A stretch of DNA of 55,418 nt from Macrostomum lignano (GCA_002269645.1 NIVC01004203.1:1-55418), one strand, 5' to 3'; shown: positions 11,555 through 22,180, counted from the first letter of the stretch. The notes: generated by a model not told the origin, from the letters alone. Numbers and translations: made by a program.

Positions 11555-14500
11555 TCAGTCTGCCAGGAAGCCGTGACGCAGCAGATCTGCCGTGTCCGCT
11601 CTCGCTGCGGCGTCTCGCTCCACGCACCGGCGGTAGAAGTCCTTCAGACTGCTGGAGGTTCGAGCCGGGAGCTCCGGCATCTCTCTATGACAAATTCGAA
11701 CTGGAATGAGGTGCACGCACACTTCTCCGTTTGGCGGCTTCATCTCCAGCATCTCGAACACTGCGCAGCCGAACGCCCAGACGTCAGTCTTTGGCGAGTA
11801 GGTGATTCGGCCGTCGTCCCTGAACAGCTCGGGAGCCATGTAGTACCAGGTGCCTCCCAGGTGATCGGTGCTCACCTCCATGAATGTTGAGACGATCTGC
11901 TTTGCCAGGCCGAAGTCGATGAGTTTGACAACGCCTTCGTGAGTGAGCATTATGTTCGAACACTTGATGTCCCGATGAACGACTGGCCTTGTCCAATTGT
12001 GCAGGAAGTTGAGAGCGGTGCACACCTGGAATTCCGCCCAGATATTTGAAGTTCTGACCTGAGTTCTGAGGGGTCCGCGGCCTAGTGGTCTAGCGTGGCG
12101 CTCTGATGTGCCAGCGGCCCAGGCTCGATTCCAAGCGCAGTCACATTAATTTTATGCTAAATTGGAATCTTCGCTTGGCTCTGCTCGTGCAATCAACGTC
12201 CCTGAAGGCCAACCCCCAAGGCACAGTGAAGTGTACATGCCTAAAGTTAGGGCCGCTGTACACTCCTGTGTGAGTGTGTGCCTGTGCGTATGACTGCGTA
12301 CATATCCTTGCGCTTGTGTGCCTGCTCAGGGGAGTCGGTGGAATGAGCAGTAATGCCTCTCGCCGGTTGTGACAATGTCGCTTAAAGTGCGCCAGGCTGC
12401 ACACAGCCTCTAATAAAACATAATCTGAATCAAACATGGGATTTACCTGCACCGAGATCTTCTTTACTGCCTCTTCATCGAAAGGCCTGCCCTGGAGGTT
12501 CATCAGGTCCAGGAGGCTGTGGCCGGCAATCAGCTCGGTGAAGATGCAGAACTGGCCGGTGCTGGAGCGCTCGTACTTGAGAAATTGCATTATGTTCAGG
12601 TGTCAAATGCCTTTCAGAATCTCAATGCCCAGCCTCTCGCGTTCAATTGCCTTTGCAAGCTTTGCGGGGTCCTTGGTGTCATTGAGCTTGACAATCTTGA
12701 CGGCCACCGTCTGAAGCTTGTCAGTCAGCACCTTGTACACCTTGCCGAAGCCGCCCCTTCCGATTGGGTGCTTCTTGCCACCGTCTAGAATAAATTTCCA
12801 GCTAGTAAAGCTTGGATCCAGTTCCGGTGGGCACCTAAAATAGCGAAACTTGATGTTTTTTAGTTTGGAAGTAACGTACGCTCGTAGAATGGTTAAAATT
12901 GAAGCATGTTCAAATTTGTTCTCAGACGTACGAAGACTCTGATGACGTTCTATTTGAGAGCGAAGGCGGCTGCTCCGAGCCTTGGCGTCCCGAATGCGTG
13001 GCCAAACGCTCCATCTGAGAGCTTCTTCGTCCCGGTTGTGAGGTAGAAGCTGCTGAAGCTCCAGAAACCGGCGAGACGGCTGTACCTGAGCTGTCATCGC
13101 GTCGATTTTTACTCACTTGAACAACGCTGGCCGCGCTCTGCATGGGGGAGGCGGAATCGGAGTACGTGCTGATTGGCAGCTTCGAATCCAATCCGCTCTG
13201 CATGGGGGAGGCGGAATCGGAGTACGTGCTGATTGGCAGCTTCGAATCCAATCCGCTCTGCATGGGGGAGGCGGAATCGGAGTACGTGCTGATTGGCAGC
13301 TTCGAATCCAATCCGCTCTGCATGGGGGAGGCGGAATCGGAGTACGTGCTGATTGGCAGCTTCGAATCCAATCCGCTCTGCATGGGGGAGGCGGAATCGG
13401 AGTACGTGCTGATTGGCAGCTTCGAATCCAATCCGCTCTGCATGGGGGAGGCGGAATCGGAGTACGTGCTGATTGGCAGCTTCGAATCCAATCCCAGCGA
13501 CGGTTCCTGTCCTGGAAATTGATTCTGCGTCTGCGTCATCCAGCTGAGCACCTGGCTACTCCTGCTGTTCCTTCTAGCGTAGTTGGACGCCGAGTTTCCC
13601 TCGCTGTCAGGAAGCTGAAAAGCCGATGGGCCAAGCGAGTTTTTAATGCGATTCAACGATTCCACACTTTGGTGTTGAGCGGCCAGGTGAGCTAGTGTTC
13701 GGCCACGCGAGTCGCTGGCGACCAGGCAGTGCGGGCCCAAGTTGCTGATGCACCAGGCGAGAGCGGAGTCGCTCACTGTATTCTGCGCAGCCAGGTGCAC
13801 CACCGTCCACCCGCTGTTGTTCTTGGCTGAGAAAGCCTCGGTGCCGACCTGGTCAGCGAGGAACTGCAGCGAGTCCGCCCTCTGGTAGAGCGCAGCCAGG
13901 TGAAGCGGCGTGCTGCCCTGGCCGTCCTTCAGAGTCAGGCAGCCGCTGCCGCATTCACCGACCAGCCACTTAAGACTCGAGTTGTCCTGTTTGTTCATGG
14001 CGGCGCAGTGGATGGCAGTTCGCTGGCATCGACCTTGGAAATAGAAGACAGAAGGACCGACCAGCGACTTGATGAGCTCCATGGACCGGTAGTCCCTCTT
14101 CATGGCGGCCTGGTGCACGGGAGTGTCTTCGTAGTCGTCCTGAACGGCGAGACAGTCGCGCCCGCACGTTCTGATCAGCCAGTCAAAGACCGCACCCGTC
14201 CGTACGTTCGAGGCGGCCGCGTGCACAGCTGTCCGGCCGAACTGGCCGGGCTGGTTGAAGCAGTCTCTGCCGGCAGCAGTGAGAATCATGGGCAGCCAGG
14301 TCTCATCCTGGACCAGCGCGACCAGGTGCACCGGCATCTGGTTGTACTGGTTCCTGCAGGTGAGACAACTCGGTCCGAACCGGTGGATCAGGATCTCCAG
14401 GCAGTGCGGACTGTTGGTCCTGCATGCGATGTGGTGCACCAGGGTCTGCTCCACTCTGCCTTCACGATATCCGCCAACAGTCAGGGTGATGTTGGAGCCG

Positions 14501-14571
14501 ACTTCGCAGCACAGGAACAGCAGTCGCTCGCTGTCTCCGGTCTCCAGAGCCGCTATTAAGTTGGCCTCCAT
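11555..14571 (-). CDS. Ankyrin-repeat + STE/MAP3K-like Ser/Thr kinase (3 exons, ~832 codons) with one in-frame TGA; possibly a pseudogene
   Basis: Exons 14571-12932, 12834-12447 and 12025-11555 with in-phase GT-AG junctions; ~8-9 ankyrin motifs (e.g. GSTPLHLAA, GRTAVHAAA); kinase motifs GRGGFG, VAVK, HRDIKCSN, DFG, GTWYYMAPE, DVWAFG; TGA at 12605-12603 in ILKGI*HLNIMQF. Confidence 0.85.
12071..12420 (+). mobile_element. tRNA-derived SINE, copy 2, in kinase intron 2
   Basis: Head GCGGCCTAGTGGT...GGCGCTCT...GCGGCCCAGGCTCGATTCC resembles tRNA-Glu with A and B boxes; body matches 3487-3849; AATAAA near the 3' end. Confidence 0.75.
13135..13494 (-). repeat. Coding 60-bp tandem repeat x6 (GLDSKLPISTYSDSASPMQS) in the ankyrin-kinase linker
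   Basis: Six essentially identical 60-nt units, in frame. Confidence 0.95.
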
Positions 14572-15523
14572 CGAGTCTCAATGTAGAGTTTCGACAAGAA
14601 AAAAATATGTGAGTTGTGAGCTGAGCTGCTTTTTTAAAAATGCTTTGAGCTAAACACCGGTGTTTATTTGTATAGTTTAAGGCTAGTTGAGCTATTTCTG
14701 GCCGTAACGCTTAACATCTGCCTCCGAAGTTGGCATGTGCATCTTGGTGGGCAATTTAGCTCGTAGTGTGCATTCAACGTCTCTGCGCGTATGAGCTTTC
14801 GGCAGGGCTGGTAGGATGCATTAATAAGGAGCTAATTAATTTCAACTCTTGCCATTGTGCCTGGCAAAATGGGCAGGCAAATAGAATTTTGCATAGCCAA
14901 CCAGCGGGTTTTACAGCCGTGTGTCGGAACAAATCGACTGACTTGCAGCATCTGACACCCAGCCGCAACGGAAAAAACTGCCGTGCGCAACTGAGGCTTA
15001 AGCGGTGCCTTATAGTCAGTGCAGCTTATTAAATCAAAGAGCAAAACCCCTTTGGCACAGGCTATTCCTACTGTCTAAATGCACAACACTTAGCTCGTAC
15101 TTTATCTCGAATCGTTGAATACTGATAAAACTATAATTTACTTGGACAGATAATTTCTGGATAACTTGCACATTTTAGATCGTATACATGTATAATACAA
15201 TCCTAGTCACCAGATAAAGAAAACCAGTGAAATTTCTTGGAAAAAGACAGTCGCAGAAAGACTTGCGCGCAAAACATGCACGCTTAGTTCAATGCTTGCC
15301 AGCTGTACACAGTTGATGCCGGCTTCAACTCCGGAAATCGGCGGTTGACAGAGAAACCAAACGCAATACCTAAAAATAGCTGTACGGAGGCCGGACATAC
15401 ATGACTTAAGCTCTATAATTTATAATGGGAACGGGTTGGATTACCTAGAAACTAACTGATAACTCTTTAGTGAATTTGTTAAACCGCAGTTCAGGTATCA
15501 CTGAAATAGAAATTCAATTCATC

Positions 15524-16420
15524 ATGGAAGTGGCAGCCAAAATACCTGAAGCAATCGAAACTGCTGTTGAAGATGGCAACGGTGAATCCTTTCAGAAACG
15601 ATTGGGCAGCTGGCTGATCCTTCCAGGTGTCATGATTTTGTACCTGTCGCAGTTCTTGCTAGATTGCACCGCTGCCTCGGAGCTACAGACGTTGACCTTT
15701 AACGTAACGTGTCCTGAGCAGCTGACATCTCACTGCTCCTGCTCTGACAGAGAGTGCACCGCCAACATCAGCCATCTGAAACCGCTGTACATTGTGTTTG
15801 TTGTGGTTGCTGGCATTCTGCTCCTAGGCGTACTGATTGTGTTCAGCACCTCCTGCTGCTGTGTGACTACCGTTCGCGAGGAAGGTTAGCTGCCTTTAAT
15901 TTGAACTTTGTTACATTGAATTCTTCTATTACCCTGAAGCAGTAAATTTGCAGACAAAAGCGACTTACGGATCAGCAACAGGAGAGTCCAGCCCGGCCGC
16001 AGACGAAAGCGACTCAAGGATCAACAGCTAAAGAGAAACCGGGCTGGCCGCAGCGCCCTGCTGCTCAGCCTGCTCATCTCGCTGCTGCACACTGTCCCGC
16101 TGAACGCTCTGCGAGCTCAGTATCTCTACGCCTTCAAGAAATTTATCCCACTAAGAGGCCTCATCAAGCTGCTGCTACCATCCGCCTGCGCACTTTTGCT
16201 CGCCATATTCGCCTTCCTGTTCCGCGTTCCGTTCTCCTTTTGGGGCCGTTGCAGCGACCTCAGCGACTTCAGCACCGCTGGAGTGGTGCGGGCTGCAATC
16301 GGGAATCCTGATGACAATGTCCTGCTGTCGAGGCCGTGGCGCGTCCTGCACTTCTGCCTCATCCTGCTGTCCATTATTGACTGCCTGTGCGCTCTGCTGC
16401 CTCTTGTAATTGGCATCTGA
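15524..16420 (+). CDS. Orphan 5-TM family copy 3 (2 exons, 275 aa)
   Basis: Exon 1 15524-15884 (GAAG|gttagc, phase 1), 69-nt intron, exon 2 15954-16420 (tttgcag|AC); translation is open through SALLLSLLISLLH...LPLVIGI*. Confidence 0.8.
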
Positions 16421-17099
16421 GGCTTCAGTTCTCTGAACTTAAAGATTCTTTCAAGATTCTGGTAGAGTAGCTCGCTTTAGAGGCTATGTACATCAAAGAT
16501 GGGGGGTGCCGCCAACTCAGCGTGTTTTAGCTTGGAGTGTACGCTACTGCACCGTGTGTTAACTTGTTTCGATTGAAAACTACGTACATTAATTTATATT
16601 GTGTAATCAACTTATTACAGGTATATTTAATATTTATTCAACTGTTTATTAAAATTTTCTATTTCACTACTGCCCTGACGATGACCTACAAGGGTCGAAC
16701 TGCATTGGCAATTGAATTAAAGTAAATAAAAACAAGTTAATGTTTGTTCTCTCATTTATTTCAAGATTACCAGCAATATTCAGATTCAGTATCTCAAACT
16801 TAGCTCTTAAATCACCGTGAATGCCACTATTTTGTTACTCACGACTTCATGCGAACCTAAAATTCTATAGTTGCTCGGAGGAGATCCCGACCCAAATCCC
16901 AAATCCCCGATTGTTCTTAACTAGTCGTGACAGCACCTTTCCTTCAAGTAAGGTTGCTAAAAAGTGATATAAATAATAACTACTTATGCACAATGGCACA
17001 CGCATCAAATGAAACGAAAATACTCCTAATCAAGGCTCTGCCTGTGCAAAACTTTATCTTTGTGTCTTTTGAGCTAAAAATGGCGCTTCAACAGTAGGA

Positions 17100-17690
17100 G
17101 TACCGGAAGTATTGTACCACGAAGTGCCAGAAGTACCAAAGGTACTTGAAGTGCCAGAAGTAACCAGAAGAAACCAGAAGTAACCAGAAGTAACCAGAAG
17201 AAGTAACCAGAAGTAACCAGAAGAAGTAACCAGAAGAAACCAGAAGTAACCAGAAGTAACCAGAAGAAGTAACCAGAAGTAACCAGAAGTAACCAGAAGT
17301 AACCAGAAGAAACCAGAAGAAACCAGAAGTAACCAGAAGTAACCAGAAGTAACCAGAAGAAACCAGAAGTAACCAGAAGTAACCAGAAGAAACCAGAAGA
17401 AACCAGAAGAAACCAGAAGTGCCAGAAGTACCAAAGGTACTTGAAGTGCCAGAAGTAACCAGAAGTAACCAGAAGTAACCAGAAGTAACCAGAAGAAACC
17501 AGAAGAAACCAGAAGAAACCAGAAGAAACCAGAAGAAGAAACCAGAAGTAACCAGAAGTACCAAAGGAGTGCGAGTGCCAGCAGTGCCAGAAGTAATCAG
17601 AAGTACCAAAAGGTTCCAGAGGTACCAGAAGTGCCAGAAGTAACCAGTAAACCAGAGGTGCCAAAAGGGCCAGAAGTGCCAATAGAACTT
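17100..17690. repeat. Minisatellite with a 10-bp unit AGAAG(T/A)AACC
   Basis: Dozens of units; flanks are 9-mer gtgccagaa variants. Confidence 0.9.
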
Positions 17691-17821
17691 CAGCTTGACA
17701 GTTGAAGTTGCTGGCTCCGTGGACACTGCAAAACCCCATCAGCTTTAAACTGTGCCTTATAGTCAGTCTGCCTTTTTAAATTATTGAGCAAATGGCAGCT
17801 TCTACTGGCAGCAGCACGACA

Positions 17822-18107
17822 TTTGTCCCACTAGGAAGCCTTATCAAGCTGCTGCTACCATCCGCCTGCGCACTTTTGCTCGCCATATTCGCCTTCCTGT
17901 TCCGCGTTCCGTTCTCCTTCTGGGGCTGCTGCACCGAGCTCCGCAGCTTCAGCACCGCTGGAGTTGTGCTCGATGCCATCGGGAATCCTGATGACGCCGG
18001 TGTCCTCTGGACGAGGCCGTGGCAAGTCCTGCACTTCTGTCTCATTCTGCTATCCATCCATCATTGACTGCCTGTGCGCTCTGCTGGCTCTTCTAATTGG
18101 CATCTGA
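17822..18107 (+). pseudogene. Orphan 5-TM family copy 4: 3' fragment of exon 2
   Basis: Matches exon 2 from FVPL..IKLLLPSAC to GI*; exon 1 is absent; a 4-nt duplication (tccatccatc) shifts the frame. Confidence 0.8.
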
Positions 18108-18393
18108 GCTGTGGCATTTTTCTGAACTTTTTGGCAAATATTATTTAGCAATAATAAGCAATATTCAGATTTAGCATCTCAAACTTAGCTTTTAAATCTC
18201 GGTGAATGTCAGTGTTCTGCTAAATATGCATAATGCGTGCTCTAAGTTCATCTGGTATACATTAGTATCCGTCCTATGATAGTGCTCGGACGGAATCCCG
18301 ACCTAAATCCCTAATCCTCGACTGTTCTTGACTAGTCGTGACAACAGTTAACAGATATAAAAGTACTTCTGCAAAGTGGCAAGCACATCCAAT

Positions 18394-19193
18394 TGTCGTA
18401 ACCCGGGTCGGTTTGAGTGCCCAGTCCCAGGTACAATATGTTATACGTAATATAACAGGCGTAGTGACGCTCTGTCTGGTACTTGTATGGATACGAGCAG
18501 GCGTGGCGACGCTCTGCGATAATGGGTCGCTCCATCTGGTGTTGTGACACTCCGAGTTCACGCTGCGGCTCTAGGTGTGGTGACACTCTCGAGTGCTTCT
18601 AGTTTCGATACTGTAGGTTGTACACACTATATAAAGTAACCGGTACAGTACTACAATAATTATACAACGCTGCTGTGCTGCAGTGGTCACAGTCGCAGGC
18701 GTGATGACGCTCTAGCTATGGAACCACTGTTACGGCAAGGCCTCAGAAAAGCTAAAGAAGTGAATGAACTCGGGGTCTTACCGGTGCCAGAAGCTGTGAA
18801 GCTCGTTCGAATATCGCTAGCACTTGACCACTTGGCCACTTGGCTCGCAATTAATTGAGTCCTCGCAGTAAGAGACCGTCTAGACACGGCTCGCTTGAAA
18901 CAGGGTAGAGGGGCAGACAGTGTGAGAGAGAGAAACGCCAAACAAAAGAAATGACCTCTCAGCCAATCAGCGTGCCCGCCGAGCAGATCTGACTGAATGG
19001 GGGCTAGAGCGAAAAGCGCAAACTCACAGGCCCAGCCAATCAGTGGCCGCCGCGGGGAAAGACACAAGCCGTGCCGGGCGACCCCCAACCAGTTCTGCCT
19101 GGTTGGGCAGCCAGAACTGGTCCGGGATGGCCGCCTAGGGCGCACGGAAAAAACTCAAAAAGTGCAAGAGCACTCAACAGGCCAGACACCACA
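18394..19193. mobile_element. Solo LTR (800 bp) carrying a spliced-leader-like sequence
   Basis: Ends TGTCG...CCACA (TG..CA); 4-bp TSD caat/aaat with one mismatch; interrupts a segment that is contiguous in the paralogous flank at ~16990-17040 (catcaaatgaa). Confidence 0.7.
18847..18890 (-). other. Spliced-leader-exon-like sequence
   Basis: GCCGTGTCTAGACGGTCTCTTACTGCGAGGACTCAATTAATTGC. The last 35 nt match the M. lignano SL as recalled (..AGACGGTCTCTTACTGCGAAGACTCAATTTATTGCATG) at 33/35; it also matches 22158-22180 within this window. Confidence 0.75.
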
Positions 19194-19299
19194 AAATGAA
19201 TCAAATAAACTTTTAAACTAAATGAAAATACTCGTAACCAGGAGCTCTGCATTTTACGTTTGTGTCTTTTGAGCTACAAAATGGCGCTTTAACAGTAGG

Positions 19300-19500
19300 A
19301 GTGCCAGCAGTACCAGAAGAGCCAGAAGTGCCAGCAGTACCAGAAGAGCCAGAAGTGCCAGCAGTACCAGAAGAGCCAGAAGTGCCAGAAGTGCCAGAAG
19401 TACCAGAAATATCAGAAGTATCAGAAATATCAGAAGTACCAGAAATATCAGAAGTACCAGAGATATCAGAAGCTGCAGAAGTACCAGAGGCACCAAAAGC
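19300..19500. repeat. Minisatellite with a 9/27-bp unit (GT(G/A)CCAGAA variants)
   Basis: Repeated ccagaa core behind the same flank as the 17100 array. Confidence 0.85.
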
Positions 19501-20896
19501 ACCATTATATACCTGGCTGACAAAAATACTGATATTCTGCTAATTAATTTCCCGCCAAAAGCTTCTCACTTTGTTATGCTGTAAAATTTGTTTCAATATG
19601 TCATACGTTATTGCACTAAACGCGAACCAGTGGAAATACATTAAAAATGGTATAAGTATACCGGCAGTGGAGCGCGAGGACCAAAAAAATTTAACCTGCT
19701 TTTCTTTTGTTCTCGTTTTAATCAATTCTTAGCCTTGCTTTCTCTTAGTCATTTGTCGAGGAGCAGTCTCAACAGTGTTTGCTGGTAAAGCAGTGGTTGC
19801 AGATTAAGCACCAGGGGCTTTAGCGCCTGAAGCGTTTTATTGCAGAGAAAAGGACGTTTTGCCTATGGAACAGTGCTTGACTGAATAAAGCGTGTTGCAG
19901 TGGGAAGCGGAAGGGCAAATTGCCAAGTGCCAGTCCCCATACTGTCGAGACCAAAGAAAAGGGGGGAAGTCCCAGGGGAAATTAAGATGTGATGCCTAGA
20001 CATATAAACGTGATGCGTCAGTGAGTCGTGATAGACAGTAAATCCGTGAAGGAAGCCAGGATTCCTCTCTCGATCATTAATAATGACGTTTTGGGCTTAG
20101 AATCAGTAGCCAACAGTGTCTTGCAGCTCGGGCACTGGAGCTCGGGCACTGGAACACCAGGGGCACATTGTACCAACGGTAATTCCATAGTTTTAGTTAT
20201 AGATAGTAAGCACATCATTTAGTTTAAAAATACTAATTTACTAGTAGTATCTGTGATTTTTACTGTCTAAATGCACGTCACTTTATTTATCTCGAATCGT
20301 TGAGTACTGATTGAATATTAGATACTATATTAGATTATATTATAGTATATTTGCAATAGGGGCTTCGTTTTTAATGTATAGTTTTGCTAGAACTTTTCAT
20401 TTTTGGAACTCCGCCAGCTGTAAGGCAAATGAAATAAACTCGGTTTCAATCCTTGTTTCTTCTCTCGATCATTCGAGCTATTCTGATATACTTCAACTAT
20501 TCTAATTTGGAGACGAAACTGATAATCAGCTTCGGAGCTAGTGCTTACTCTCGTGTTACTTATTTCGAGTCGTAGATAGTGACATAAGAATAGCCCCAAG
20601 ATTGGGAGAGTAAACCGTTTATAACGAGACCTATTAGATTTAGTAAAACAACTCTATAGTGGATAGTGCGAGAAATCAATAAGTATTGAGCTCTGAGCTC
20701 ACTAGACTACTTTTATATTTTTGGTACAAGCGAACGTAAGAATGATTGATGCATAAAAGCACAAGGGTTTTAAAAGAACGCACACACTAGTCACGCTCAA
20801 TGAAGCATTGTCAGTCAATCGATAAAATAAAACAGCGAGTGTACTCAATGTACACCCGCTGAGTCACGCGATACGACAACTCTCCCATCGTAGTTT

Positions 20897-22180
20897 GTTG
20901 TTGTTAAACGGGGTGGGAAGCTACGGGGCTACCCGCGGATCAGCCCTGGGAGGGGCTCTGCCGCAGAGGGCACTACCAAGGGCACAGATAAGACTGTGAA
21001 CCCGAGATACCCAAACCAATTTAGTTGGGAGAGGGCGAGGGACCTCAAGTCTATGGTACAAGACACCGCCAAACCAACAGTGGAATCAGGGACGGTGCTA
21101 GGACCGAGTCCACCCAGGCCACCCCCCAGCAGACAGGTCCTCGGGAGTGCGCGAAAAAACAGAAATTGGAGAGCGAAATGCTAAGCGGTCCGAGTGAGGA
21201 GTTACTCCTAAACCTACGGAAATGGCTTAAACTATTGGAGCGAGTCTGGGCAGCTTATTACCAAGAGCGATCCTAAACAGCATAGTCTCCACTACTGTAG
21301 GTCTCGAGCCTCAAGGCTTTTCACTACCCAGCTCTATTTTGGAGTGAGACTGGAAGGCTTGTTTCCGAGGGGGAGACTCTAGGCGGACATTGCTACGCCT
21401 CTATTGCTACCAACCCAAGGGCATCGCCTATCCAGCTCATTATTGGGGGCCAGGCCAAGGGGTCGGGAGAAGAGGCACCCAGGGCAAGAGGACTCCGGAC
21501 TCAGCCGGTTGTCCCCGGTTCGGGACGAACATCCTTCCCAGGACACCAATCCACTGTCAGGATGAGAGCCAGAGACACGCAAGCAGGGACCTTACAGCAG
21601 GAGCCAGGAGATGGACCCGAGGACAGGGCAAGATGGACCGGGCAAGGGCAGAGCTCATAACTCCAAAGATTGGAAGGCTTCTAGTGGCCAGATAAAAGAA
21701 TAAAAGAATAAAAAGCCACAAAGGCACAAAGCTAAAGGGATAAAACAGCGCTGGGATGCCAGCCCAGAAAAAAAGAATGGCAGTGGGGAGGAGCACCATA
21801 GCCCTAAAGCAGGCAGCTTGCCGGCCTGCAGCCCGGGTGCTCAGCCTCAGGGCTGGCATGCTACTGGGTCTACCGTACACCTTTGTGAATTGGTCGTTCT
21901 TTCCTGCAGGGCGGGTTCGACCGGGGGGCTCAGTCCCGACCTAGCCACACTGCAGTCCAGAGAACCTACTCACTCCGGGCACCACCCCCCCTAAACCAAG
22001 GCCGAGGGCCAAATAATTGGAATGTACACCTAAGAAAGATAGGGTTTATTTTTAGATGGGCACAGCCCCTCCGGGGCGGACCCTTAGAAATTGGCATAGC
22101 CAATCGGATTGCGCACAACCCTTAGACAAGCTGCCAGAGAGGCAACCAGGGTAAAAACAGTCAGAGACCGTCTTTACGGC
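20897..22180 (-). mobile_element. 1.28-kb nested insertion of unknown class, with an SL-like 5' end and an (AAC)n 3' tail
   Basis: Flanked by the direct repeat (C)GTAGTTT at 20889-20896 and 22180-22187; removing it restores pol ..RLNYDGRV.. and the PPT/LTR junction; no TIR; no recognisable ORF. Confidence 0.8.

Noticed and set aside
12071-12142. Functional tRNA gene
   Set aside because: The acceptor stem does not pair and the anticodon arm is distorted; it continues into a body shared with 3487-3849, so it is a SINE head.
15470-15523. Upstream TTG start given for ORF 15470..15889 (and similarly 35955 for the GPCR)
   Set aside because: The paralogs all begin at ATGGA(A/G) (15524), and the GPCR has a strong CCACCATG at 35991.
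18847-18890. Genuine SL RNA gene
   Set aside because: No terminal AUG, no GT donor directly after the exon and no Sm-site-like RAUnG nearby; it lies inside an LTR.
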